Shown here one piece after another: positions 21,982 through 34,140 of a stretch of DNA of 64,000 bases. Every line of letters begins with the position of its first letter. Position 1 is the stretch's first letter. The notes beneath the pieces are model-generated. The model was not told the DNA's origin. It searched no databases and saw only the letters and a list, made by a program, of their open reading frames with translations. The DNA is from Malacoraja senta (Eukaryota), in contig JAXLNO010000529.1 of assembly GCA_038087875.1 (NCBI GenBank), forward strand, positions 248,001 to 312,000, read 5' to 3'. The position numbers and the translations under genes are program-made.

Positions 21982-22407
21982 TAATTAACTCACTCCCTTC
22001 TCCCAGGAGATGGGTATATGGAACAAGCTGCCAGAGGAGGTAGTGGAGGCTGGTACAATGGCATTTAGAAGATATTTGGACAGGACTATTTGGACTAATT
22101 GTGTTTCTCTAATATACACGGAACTTTTTTTGCTGTTTAATACGGGTTTTACAGTGCAATATGTTACACTACTGTTGTGCTGCTACGTAACCCACTCCAT
22201 GACACACTGAGGAACACCTTCAGCAACAGACTGGTTCCACCAAGATGCAGCACAGAACGCCACAGGAGATCCTGCTCCCCTATGGCTATCAAACTGTACA
22301 ACTCCACCCCCTTCTGTCATGGGGTAGACTGACTAACCCCCTCCCCCTCCCCAATCTTTGCACATCCGCAATCCTTTCCACTCATCACTTTAATTTCATG
22401 TTTCATG

Positions 22408-22760
22408 TTTAGTTTAGTTTAGTTTAGTTTAGAGATACAGCGCAGAAACAGGCCCTTCGGCCCACCGGGTCCGTGGCAACCAGCGATCCCCGCACATTAA
22501 CACTAACCAGCGATCATCCCGTACACTAGCACTACTCCACACACTAGGGACATTTACAATGTTACCAAAGCCAATTAACCTACAATCCTGTACGTCTTTG
22601 GTGTGTGGGAGAAAACCGAAGATCTCAGAGAAAACCCACGCAGGTCACGGGGAGAACGTACAAACTCCGTATAGACAGCACCCGTAATCGGGATCGAACC
22701 TGTGTGTCCGGCGTCCATTTGCTGTAAGGCAGCAACACTACGGCTGCGCCACCATGACCG
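22408..22760 (-). mobile_element. V-SINE/HE1-like SINE, near full length
   Basis: Minus strand: tRNA head (GGTGGCGCAGCCGTAG...GGTTCGATCCC), central core and (AAACT)n tail. Confidence 0.85.
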
Positions 22761-23148
22761 TCTTTATCTTGTATTCTCAGACTGTTGGCAGAACAATTTC
22801 CCTCCTTGGATAGATAAAGTTCTATCCTATCGTAAGTCAGCATTTAATAGTTCAGTTTGTGACATATGACAATAAAACACTCTTGACAGGTACATGGATA
22901 GGATAGGTATGGAGAGATATGGAACAAATGCAGGCAGGAGGAACTAGTGTAGATGGGGCATCTTGGTCAATGTGGGCAAGACAAAATGTGCAGGAACAGC
23001 AGATGCAGGTTTACACTGAAGATAGACACAAAATGCTGGAGTAACTCAGCAGGACAGGCAGATTACAACTCAGCGATATGAATATTAATTTCTCCAACTT
23101 CAAGTAACCCTTGCCTTCCCTCTCTCTCCACCCAACCCCAACCCTAGT

Positions 23149-23908
23149 TAGAAACATAGAAAATAGGTGCAGGAGTAGGCCATTCGGCCTTTCGAGCCTG
23201 CACCGCCATTCGATATGATCATGGCTGATCATCCAACTCAGTATCCCATCCCTGCCTTCTCTCCATACCCCCTGATCCCTTTAGCCACAAGGGCCACATC
23301 TAACTCCCTCTTAAATATATAGCCAATGAACTGGCCTCAACTACCTTCTGTGGCAAAGAATTCCACAGATTCATCACTCTCTGTGTAAAAAATGATTTTC
23401 TCATCTCGGTCCTAAAAAACATCCCTCTTATCCTTAAACTGTGACCCCCTAGTTCTGTACTTCCCCAATATCGGGAATAATGTTCCTGCATCTAGCCTGT
23501 TAAACCCCTTAAGAATTTTGTAAGTTTCTATACGATCCCACCTTAATCTTCTGAATGCTAGCATGTATAAGCCGAGTCTATCCAGTCTTTCTTCATATGA
23601 AAGTCCTGCCATCCCAGGAATCAGTCTGCTGAACCTTCTCTGTACACCCTCTATGGCAAGAATGTCTTTCCTCAGGTTAGGAGACCAAAACTGCACGCAA
23701 TACTCCAGGTGTGGTCTCACCAAGACCCTGTACAACTGCAATAGAAACTCCCAGCTCTTATACTCAAATCATTTTGCTATGAATGCTAACATACCATTTG
23801 CTTTCTTCACTGCCTGCTGCACCTGCATTCCTACTTTCAATGACTGGTGTGCCATGACACCCAGGTCTCGTTGCATCTTCCCTTTTCCTAATCGGCCACC
23901 ATTCTCCA
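23149..23908 (-). mobile_element. CR1 3' fragment
   Basis: LYRVLVRPHLEYCVQFWSP...; 3' UTR and tail. Confidence 0.92.
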
Positions 23909-23924
23909 ACTAGCTTCATTGTCC

Positions 23925-24145
23925 TGTGAAACGTCACCTATCCATGTTCTACACAGATGCTGCCTGACCCGCTGAGTTACTCCAGCAATCTGTGAAACGT
24001 CATCAATCCATGTTCTACACAGATGCTGCCTGACACGCTGAGTTACTCCAGTACTCTGTGAAACGTCACCTACCCATGTTCTCCACAGATGCTGCCTGAC
24101 CGGCTGAGTTACTCCAGCACTCCGTGAAATGTCATCTATCCATGT
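23925..24145 (+). repeat. 66-bp tandem repeat (~3.3 copies) of Penelope-derived sequence
   Basis: GTGAAA unit starts at about 23925, 23991, 24057 and 24123. Confidence 0.85.
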
Positions 24146-25745
24146 TATAACCATATAACCATATAACAATTACAGCACGGAAACACGCCATCTCGGCCCT
24201 TCTAGTCTGTGCCGAACACTTATTTTCCCATAGTCCCATCCATATACCTATCCAATTTATTTTTAAGTGATAAAATCGAACCTGCCTCCACCACTTCCAC
24301 TGGAAGCTCATTCCGCACAGCTACCACTCTCTGAGTAAAGGAGTTCCCCCTCATGTTACCCCTAATCTTCTGTTCCTTAATTCTCAAGTCATGTCCTCTT
24401 GTTTGAATCTTCCCTACTCTCAATGGGAAAAGCATATCCACATCAACTCTGTCTATCCCTCTCATCATTTAAAGACCTCTATCAAGTCCCCCTTAACGTT
24501 CTGCGTTCCAAAGAATAAAGACCTAACTTGTTCGACCTTTCTCTGTAACTTAGTTGTTGAAACTCAGGCAACATTCTAGTAAACCACCTCTGTACTCCCT
24601 CTATTTTGTTGACATCCTCCCTATAATTAGCTGACCAAAATTGTACACCATACTCCAGAATTGGCCTCACCAATGCCTTGTACAATTTTAACATTACATT
24701 CCAGCTTCTATACTCAATGCTCTGATTTATGAAGGCCAGCACACCAAAAGCTTTCTTTACCACTCTATTTACATGAGATTCCACCTTCAGGGAACTATGC
24801 ACAGTTATTCCTAGATCCCTCTGTTCAACTGCATTGCTCAATTCGCTACCATTTACCATGTACGTCCTATTTTGATTTGTCCTGCCAAGATGTAGCACCT
24901 CACACTTATCTGCATTAAACTCCATCTGCTATCTTTAAGCCCACTCTTCCAAATGGCCTAAATATCTCTGTAGACTTTGAAAATCTACTTCATTATCCAC
25001 AACACCACCTATCGTAGTATCATCTGCATACTTACTAATCCAATTTACCACACCACCATCCAGATCATTAATGTACATGACAAACAACAGTGGACCCAAC
25101 ACAGATCCCTGAGGCACCCCACTACTCACCGGCCTCCAACCTGACAAACAGCCATCCACCATTACTCTCTGGCATCTCCCATTCAGCCACTGTTGAATCC
25201 ATCTTGCTACTCCACAATTAATACCCAACAATTGAACTTTCTTAACCAACCCTCCATGAAGAACCTTGTCAAAGGCCTTACTGAAGTCCATATAGACAAC
25301 ATCCACTGCTTTACCCTCATCAATTTCCCCAGTAACCTTTTCAAAAAATTCAAGATTAGTCAAACATGACCTTCCAGGCACAAATCCATGTTGACTGTTC
25401 CTAATCAGATCCTGTTGATCCAGATGCTTATATATATTATCTCTAAGTATCCTTTCCATTAATTTGCCCACCACTGACATCAAACTAACAGGTCTATAAT
25501 TGCTAGGTTTACTCTTTGAACCCTTTTAATACAATGGAACAACATGCGCAGTACAGCACTATTCCTGTTTCTAATGGCATTTGAAATATTTCTGTCATAG
25601 CCCCTGCTATTTCTACACTAACTTCCCTCAAGACTTATCCACTTTTATATATTTTTTAAAGTGTCAGTACTTCCTCTTCTTTTAATCTCATAGTTTCCAT
25701 AGCTTTTCTACTTGTTTCCCTTACCTCACATAATTCAATATCTTT
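24146..25745 (-). mobile_element. CR1 LINE (second subfamily), RT region to 3' tail
   Basis: QHGFVPGRSCLTNL, YMDFSKAFD, GVPQGSVLGP, KYADD; (TATATGGT)n tail. Confidence 0.93.
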
Positions 25746-26364
25746 CTCCAGAGATGTTCTCCAGAGATGCTCCCTAACATTTGTCGTTTCAGGTCAGGAC
25801 CCTTCCGGTTTGAGTGGGCCAGTGGAGTAGAGAAGCCAAGGCAGTTGTTGCACCAACAATGGATATAAAAAGGTCCAGAGAGGGTAGAAGGGTGGGTAGG
25901 GGGAGAGGCGGGGGGGGGATGCTGAAGAATGGAGACAGGATTGTCACTGGATGGATAAGATTCTCTCCCATAAAGAAAAGCACAGAGGTGGCAGTAGAGC
26001 CATAAGTCCCTATGTTCCCAATGTAGGGGGTCCAGAACCAGGGGGTCACAGTTTAAGAATAAGACTCGCTGAGTCACTCCACCTTTTATCTTGGTCTATT
26101 AATGGATTCAAATCTACCTTAGATCTCCTTTTATCATCCTGCTTGGCACTCTCCACCGGCATTTTTGATACAGGTTCCTTTGTTTCTAAATACGTAGAGT
26201 GAATTTTAAAGCTCTGATCTGTTCAATATCTCGCAAAGTGTGAACCCACTTCAAGTTGATGGATGGAATGGAGCCCGTCCGTCTCTCATGGTTACGGATG
26301 CAGTTCATTGTGATGTCGCCGGCCAGGCACATTATGAGGTCACCTCTGATTATGAGTAGTTCCT

Positions 26365-27590
26365 GAGGATTGGAGGGTAGCAAACGTAACCCCACTTTTT
26401 AAGAAGGGAGGGAGAGAGAAAACGGGGAATTACAGACTAGTTAGTCTAACATCGGTAGTGGGGAAACTGCTAGAGTCAGTTATTAAAGATGTGATAGCAG
26501 CACATTTGGAAAGTGGTGAAATCATTGGACAAAGTCAGCATGGATTTACGAAAGGTAAATCGTGTCTGACGAATCTTATAGAATTTTTCGAGGATGTAAC
26601 TAGTAGAGTGGATAGGGGAGAACCAGTGGATGTGTTGTATCTGGACTTTCAGAAGGCTTTCGACAAGGTACCACATAAAAGATTAGGGTACAAACTTAAA
26701 TCACACGGTATTGGGGGTTCAGTATTGATGTGGATAGAGAACTGGCTGGCAAACAGGAAGCAAAGAGTAGGAGTAAACGGGTCCTTTTCACAATGGCAGG
26801 CAGTGACTAGTGGGGTACCGCAAGGCTCAGTGCTGAGACCCCAGCTATTTACAATTTATATTAATGATCTGGACGAGGGAATTGAAAGCTACATCTCCAA
26901 GTTTGCGGATGACACTAAGCTGGGGGACAGTGTTAGCTGTGAGGAGGATGCTAGGAGACTGCAGGGTGACTTGGATAGGCTGGGTGAGTGGGCAGCTGTT
27001 TGGCAGATGCAGTATAATGTGGATAAGTGTGAGGTTATCCACTTTGGTGGCAAAAACGGGAAGGCAGACTATTATCTAAATGGTGGCCGATTGGGAAATG
27101 GGGAGATGCAGCGAGACCTGGGTGTCATGGTACACCAGTCATTGAAAGTAGGCATGCAGGTACAGCAGGCAGTGAAGAAAGCGAATGGTATGTTGGCCTT
27201 CATAGCAAGAGGATTTGAGTATAGGAGCAGGGAGGTTCTACTGCAGTTGTACAGGGTCTTGGTGAGACCACACCTGGAGTATTGCGTACAGTTTTGGTCT
27301 CCTAATCTGAGGAAGGACATTATAGCCATAGAGGGAGTGCAGAGAAGGTTCACCAGACTGATTCCTGGGATGTCAGGACTTTCATATGAAGAAAGACTGG
27401 ATAGACTTGGCTTTTACTCGCTAGAATTTAGGAGATTGAGAGGGGATCTTATAGAAACGTACAAAATTCTTATGAGGTTGGACAGGCTAGATGCAGGAAG
27501 ATTGTTCCCGATGTTGGGGGAGTCCAGGACAAGGGGTCACAGCTTAAGGATAAGGGGGAAATCCTTTAGTACCGAGATGAGGAAAAACTG
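26365..27590 (+). mobile_element. CR1 LINE ORF2 RT fragment, 378 codons open
   Basis: ORF 26458-27594 with YLDFQKAFD, GVPQGSVL, KFADD and RPHLEYC. Confidence 0.95.
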
Positions 27591-27654
27591 GTAACAGCTG
27601 GGAAGAAACTGTCCCTGAATCTGGAGGTGTGCGTTTTCACACTCCTGTACCTTT

Positions 27655-28175
27655 CCTAATTTGCAGAAGGACATTCTTACTATTGAGGGAGTGCAGCGTA
27701 AGTTCACCAGGTCAATATCCGGGGTGGCGAGACTTACGTATGATGAAAGCATGGGTAGACTGGGCTTGAATTCGCTGGAAATGAGAAGGATGAGAGGGTA
27801 TCTTATGAAAACATATAACATTCTTAAAAGAGTTAAGGCTAGATGCAGGAACAATGTTCCTGATGTTCGGGGAGTCCAGAACCAGGGGTCACAGTTTAAG
27901 AATAACGGGTTAGACCATTTAGGACTCAGAAGACGGAAAACATTTTCACGCAGAAAATCTGTAGAATTCTCTGCCACAGAAGGCAGTGGAGGCCAATTCA
28001 CTGGATGTTTTCAAGTGAGTGTTGGATGTGGCTCTTTGGGCTAACAGAATCAAGGGATATGGGGAGATAGCAGGAATGGGGTATTGATTTTGGATGATCA
28101 GCCAAAATCATATTGAAAGGCGGTGCTGGCTCGAAGGGCCGAATGGCCTACTCCTGCACCTATTTTCTATGTTTC
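27655..28175 (+). mobile_element. CR1 3' fragment
   Basis: KDILTIEGVQRKFTR...; 3' UTR and tail. Confidence 0.88.
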
Positions 28176-28324
28176 AACGTCATGGTGAGTCCAGCACTCG
28201 TTGACGTCTGGTCCTGAAGACGGGTCCTGAACCAAAACGTCACGCACTCGTGTTCTCCAGAGATGCTGCGCAACCCGCTGAGTTACTCCAGCACAAACAA
28301 TATTAAACCTCAAGTGTTTTCATT

Positions 28325-28595
28325 TCGAGATACAGTGCGGCAACGGGCCCTTTGGCCCACCGAGTCCACGCCGACCAGTATTCACCTCTACACCCTCACT
28401 ATCCTACACACTGGGAACTTTTTACCAAAGCCAATTAACCTACAAACCTGCACGTCTTTGGAGTGTGGGAGGAAACCGGAGCATCCGTAGAAAACCCACG
28501 CTGGTCACGAGGGGAACATACATACTCTGTACAGACAGCACCTGGGTCTCCGGCGCAGTGAGGCAGCAACTCTACCGCTGAGCCACACTGCCATG
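28325..28595 (-). mobile_element. V-SINE/HE1-like SINE
   Basis: Homologous to 22430-22760. Confidence 0.8.
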
Positions 28596-29024
28596 TTGGG
28601 GAAAAATACTTTACAAACAGCAGAATATTTTTGCCATTTGCCAAATGAGAGTTGTCTATAGTCAAAGAGTGTGTAGTTTGTTCCTGGCACGAAAATACTT
28701 CTGCTTTATCAGTTTCACGCTTAACTCTATAAACCTAAAGACTCCATTGTTGGAATGCAATTCAATATTTGACAAATCTGAACACCTTAACAGACAGATA
28801 TAAAGCACACAGAGGGATTACTGGAGTACATTTTCCCTTTGTAGTCCCTGAGAAATCAGTGGCTGTGGCAGAGGGTTTTTCTGATGTTCTAAGCCATGCC
28901 AATCCAGATATGATTGAATGACGGAGAGGACCTGATGTACCAAATGGAGAAGGAACATCTCATTGGGTTTTAAAGTTTGCAGAGGGCTGACATACAACTT
29001 CCTTAGCATCAAGTGAATTGATCA

Positions 29025-29320
29025 GCATGGTGGCGCAGCGATAGACTAAGAGTTGCTGCCTTACGGTGCCAGAGACCCGGGTTCGATCCTGTCTACGTGT
29101 GCGTGTAGTTTGTAGGTTCTCCCTGTGACCCACGTGGGATTCCTTCCGGTGCTCTGGTTTCCTCCCACATTCTAGAGATGTGCCGGTGTGTAGGTTAATT
29201 GATGTCTGTAAATTGCCCCTAGTGTGAAGGATATAGGACTAGTGTACAGGTGATCGTTAGTTGGCGCGGGCTCGGTAGGCGGAAGGGCCTGTTTTCACGC
29301 CATCTCTCTAAAACAAACTA
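29025..29320 (+). mobile_element. V-SINE/HE1-like SINE
   Basis: GGTGGCGCAGCG...GGTTCGATCC head, core and 3' end. Confidence 0.82.
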
Positions 29321-29585
29321 TTGCCGTTACTTCGTTGGTCTCAGTTTAACATTGCTTGTGAAAGTCAGCAAAGTACAAGATTCTTCCTATAGCCCGCAGA
29401 CCAGTGAGCCCATGTGTTCATATCTTTAACCAGGCAGTCAGAACTTTTTTAGTTTAGTTTAGAGATACAGCACAGAATCAGGCCCTTCAGCCCACCGCGT
29501 CCACGTCAACCAGCGATACCCGTGCATTAAACTACCCCACGCACACTAGGGACAATTTACATTTATACCAAATTAACCTACTCTC

Positions 29586-30995
29586 TAGACTGACATCTTC
29601 AACCTGTCACATGCCCAAGCAGTTGTCCCCACGTGCCTTAAAACCACCTCCCTCGTGCCGGTGCCAAAACACTCCACTGTGGCGAGCCTCAACGACTTCT
29701 GCCCAGTTGCACTTACTCCCATCATCACTAAGTGCTTCGAGAGGTTGGTCCTGGCACACCTCAAAGGCTGCCTACCTCCCACACTGGATCCCTATCAGTT
29801 CGCCTACCGCAAGAACAGGAGTACGGAGGATGCCATCTCAACGGCACTTCACTCCGCCCTCTCCCACCTCGACAACAGAGACACCTACGTGAGAATGCTG
29901 TTCATCTCAGCATTTAACATCATTATCCCCTCAAAACTGATGACCAAACTCAGCGACCTGGGCATCGACCCCTCCCTCTGCAACTGGATACTGGACTTTC
30001 TAACTAACAGACCCCAGTCTGTTAGGTCAGACAACCACACCTCTTCAACCCTCACCCTGAACACCGGCGTTCCACAGGGCTGTGTGCTGAGCCCCCTCCT
30101 CTACTCCCTCTTCACCTACGACTGCACACCTGTACATGGTACTAACACCATCATCAAGTATGCAGATGATACAATAGTGATTGGCCTCATCAGCAACAAC
30201 GATGAGTCGGCCTATAGGGAGGAGGTCCAGCTCCTAGCAGCATGGTGCGCTGACAACAACCTGGCCGGCACGCACACCCCCATCCACATTAATGGGACGG
30301 AGGTGGAACGTGTTTCCAGCTTCAGGTTTCTGGGGGTCAACATCTCTGATGACCTCTCTTGGACCCACAATACCTCAACACTGGTTAAGAAGGCTCACCA
30401 GCTTCTCTTCTTCCTGAGGAGACAAAATAAGATCCATCTGTCTCCTCAGATTCTGGTGAACATCTACCGCTGCACCATCGAGAGCATCCTTACCAACTGT
30501 ATCACAGGTTGGTATGGCAACTGTCTTCGACCGGAAAGCACTGCAGAGGGTGGAGAAAACTGCCCAACGCATCACCGGTTCCTCACTCCCCTCCATTGAG
30601 TCTGTCCAATGCAAGCATTGTCTGCGAAGGGCGCGCAGCATCATCAAGGACTGCTCTCACCCCAGCCACATACTGTTTATCCTCCTCCCATCCGGGAGGC
30701 GCTACAGGTCTCTCCATTGCCAGATCAGCAGGTTCAGGAACAGCTTCTTCCCTGCGGCTGTTACACAACTTAACTCTGTACCTTGGGGATTGCCAGTCAC
30801 CCATCCCGGACACTCCTTCCCCCAGAAAAATTGCACTATGCAAAAATTGTATGTACGTATATATATATATATATATATATATATCTTGCTGTTCCATTAT
30901 TCTATGTTTGCTCTTCTGGGTGAGATGCTAACTGCATTTCGCTGTCTCTGTACTGTACACTGCACAATGACAATAAAGATTGATTCTGAATCTGA
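29586..30995 (+). mobile_element. Rex1/Babar-type LINE, RT to 3' tail
   Basis: ORF 29655-30599 ([28 protein letters not shown]), LLPSGRRYRS, AATAAA and (TCTGAA)n tail. Confidence 0.92.
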
Positions 30996-31175
30996 AACCT
31001 ACATGTCTTTGGATTGTGGGAGAAAACTGAAGATCTCGGGAAAAAAACCCACGCGGGTCAAGGGGAAAATGTACAAATCTGTACTGACAGCACCCGTAGT
31101 CAGGATCGAACCTGGGTCTCTGGCACTGCAAGCAGTGTAAGCAAAGAACTCTACCGCTGCGCCACCGTGCCCGCC
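30996..31175 (-). mobile_element. V-SINE/HE1-like SINE 5' part
   Basis: Minus strand GGTGGCGCAGCGGTAGAG...GGTTCGATCC. Confidence 0.78.
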
Positions 31176-31542
31176 CCTTTTCCGCAGGACAGAGATGGAA
31201 TACTAGAGGGCATAGCTTTAACGAGAGTGGGGCAAAGTTTAAAGATGTGTGGAGCAAGTTATAAGAGGTTAGAGTGCACCTTGAGTGTGTTGCCAGGGGT
31301 GGTGGAGGCAGATACAACAGTGGCATTTAACAGGTTTTTGGATAGGCAGGGAATGGAGGGATAATGATAATATGCAGACAGATAAGAGTTGGCAGTGGTG
31401 TCACGTTTAGCACAGGCATTGTGGGCCGAAGGGGCGGTTCCTGTGTTCTACTGTTCTATGTTTTAAACCTCAGGTTATCAATCTTTATCTTTAACAAAGG
31501 GTTTGGTGGGGAATGGAATGAGATGAGTTAAGACAAGCTGAT

Positions 31543-31838
31543 TTAAACTTTAGCGATATAGAGTGGAAACTGGCCTTTCGGCCCACCGAGACCACACCGA
31601 CCAGCGATCACCCCGTACGCTAGCACTACCCTACGCACTAGGGACAATTTACAAATTTTCCAAAGCCAATTAACCTTGAAAACCTGCAGATCTGTGGCGT
31701 GTGGGAGGAAACCGGAGCACCCGGAGAAAACCCACGCTGTCACAGGAAGAAAGTACAGGCAGCATCCCCGGTCAGGATTGACCCAGGGTCTCTGGCGCTG
31801 TAAGGCAGCAACTCCATCGCTGCGCCACCGTGCCGCCC
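31543..31838 (-). mobile_element. V-SINE/HE1-like SINE
   Basis: Head, core and tail homologous to the other copies. Confidence 0.8.
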
Positions 31839-31984
31839 AAATAGTTGCACATCAGATTAGACAAGTTAGGAAGAAGAACGTGTCCAACATTGTAGATTCA
31901 ATTGCGGAGTTCAATTACTTCAGGCATATATAAATGCTAGGCGCCGCTGTATTAACCATATAACCATATAATAATTCCAACAAT

Positions 31985-32770
31985 TTTGGCTGTTGAGTAG
32001 AGCAACTACTCGTGAATAAAAAACTGCTGTGACAGTCCAGAATCGCCTTCCAGAGGGTAGTGATTGAAATAGTTTGTGGCCAGGGTGAGAGGGGTCAGAG
32101 ATGATCTTACCCGCTCGCTTCCTGGCCCTTGCAGTGTACAGTTCATCAATGGAGGGAAGGTTGCAGCCAATAACCTTCTCTGCTGATCGGACGATTCGCT
32201 GCAGCCTCCAGGTGTCGTGCGTGGTGACTGAGCCAAACCAGACCATGATGGGGATGGTGAGAACAGACTCTACGATGGTCGTGTAGAATTGGACCATCAT
32301 TGCCTGTGGCAGATTGTGTTTCCTCAGCTGCCGCAGGAAGTACATCATCTGTTGTGCCTGTTTGACTGTGGAGTCCATGGTAGCCCCCCACTTATGGTCC
32401 TTGGAGATGATGGTTCCCAGGAACTTAAAAGATTCCACAGATGTGACTGTGGTGTTGTTAATGGTGAGTGGGGTGAGGGGAGCGGGAGCTCTCCTAAAGT
32501 CTACAATCAATTCCACTGTCTTAAGAGAATTGAGCTCCAGGTTGTTGCTACGGCACCAGGACGCCAGCTGTGACACTTGCTGTCTGTAGGCCGATTCCTC
32601 CCCATCCTGGATCAGTCCAATCAGGGTTGTGTTGTCCGCAAACTTGAGAAGCTTGACTGACAGAGGTGAAGTCGTTGGTGTAGAGAGCGTAGAGGAGAGG
32701 AGAGAGTACGCAGCCTTGCGGTGCTCCTATTCTGAGTGTTTACGGGTCCGAGATGTACTTTCCCAGCCAA
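31985..32770 (-). mobile_element. Rex1/Babar-type LINE RT C-terminal fragment
   Basis: [38 protein letters not shown]. Confidence 0.88.
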
Positions 32771-32890
32771 AGTAAGTCAAATGGGCACTGGTGGGTGAAG
32801 AGTTGTCAACTAAGACCCTTGGACAGGTGAGTGGACAAGACAGGTTTAGAGGGGACAATGGACACAAGTGTGTGGGCCTTTGGTACCTTC

Positions 32891-33150
32891 TCAAGATGGC
32901 GTCTTGAACGGCGGGACCTTACCAAGATGGCCGCCGGCATCCGACCAATCAACGGCGCCGACCTCACATGCCCTCACCAAGATGGCCGCCATCAACCCCT
33001 CACAAAGATGTCCGCCAGCATCCGACCATTCAGCGGCGCCGATCTCACCTGCCCTCACCAAGATGGCCATCGACATCCGATCAATCAGCAGCGCCGACCT
33101 CACCTGCCCTCACCAAGATGGCCGCCATCAACCCCTCATAAAGATGGCCG
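32891..33150 (+). repeat. CpG-rich 55/26-bp composite repeat with seven AAGATGGC-type motifs
   Basis: Motifs at 32893, 32924, 32979, 33005 (AAGATGTC), 33060, 33115 and 33141. Confidence 0.85.
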
Positions 33151-33151
33151 A

Positions 33152-33378
33152 TGGAACTCTCTGCCACAGATGGTAGTTGAGGTCACAGTTCATTGGCTAT
33201 ATTTAAGAGGGAGTTAGATGTGGCCCTTGCGGCTAAAGGGATCAGGGGGTATGGAGAGAAGGCAGGTACAGGATACTGAGTTGGATGATCAGCCATGATC
33301 ATATTGAATGGCGATTGGTGCAGACTCGAAGGGCCGAATGGCCTCTACTCCTGCACCTATTGTCTATGTTTCTATGTT
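33152..33378 (+). mobile_element. CR1 3' end
   Basis: WNSLPQ..., 3' UTR and (TTTCTATG) tail. Confidence 0.87.
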
Positions 33379-34140
33379 TAGAATGTGAGAGTGACGGACA
33401 GTGTGGAGTGGACGAGGAGATGAGATGAATTACGAAGATTCAGGAACTGGGGAAAAATATCTAAAACAGAGGCTGAGCAGCAATAAATATGAATTGTATT
33501 GCTCTGCAGAATTCACACAATATGAGGAAATGAGTTGTTAACCCGGATTAAGGAAGGAGCCTGATTAGATTTCTTGTCACAATGAGGACGACACTAACTC
33601 CTGAGCTGATGATGAGCTGCAAGTTGTGATTCTCTCCAGATGTTTTGCTGATAAATCTATGTTTTTGGATGTGGGCCTCAGTGTTTAGGCTTCCAGTTTT
33701 AACCCATGAGGATGTGACCATCCTTATTCCACCACTGATGGATGTGTTTAGTAAATGATGTAAATGATAGGAGTAGGCCCCACAAATAACGAAGGACCAG
33801 CAATGTATTTCCAAGTTATGATGGTGACTAACTGGGTCAATTTGTGCCACTCCACTAGCATGACCAAACAATTCTGGGTATGGATTGTGTTTGCATATTG
33901 TGGATATATTTTCTAGCATCGATGCAGTCATCAATGTAATGGGGATAGAGTTCGGGGATAGGGCCAGTGTACACCTGGAACACAATGTATCTCTCGTGTC
34001 TATATCTCTAGGCTGTGAAGATCTTGGTGCAACTCTGTGAGGTTGGGCTTGGAGAACACCAAATGACAGAGGGAAAAACTAGTGATTGTGAAAATGTTTG
34101 CTGGAGGTTCTACCTTGAGTGAAATTCAGAACTGAGGAGA

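Noticed and set aside
26118..26185. Possible minus-strand exon (TKEPVSKMPVESAKQDDKRRSK) with AG/GT ends
   Set aside because: Short, no recognisable homology and no partner exons; could arise by chance.
28835..28925. Possible plus-strand terminal exon after TTTTCCCTTTGTAG
   Set aside because: Only a splice-acceptor-like motif and an unrecognised 24-aa peptide.
229..31838. Functional tRNA genes at A/B-box motifs
   Set aside because: All run directly into SINE core sequence and lack complete cloverleaves.
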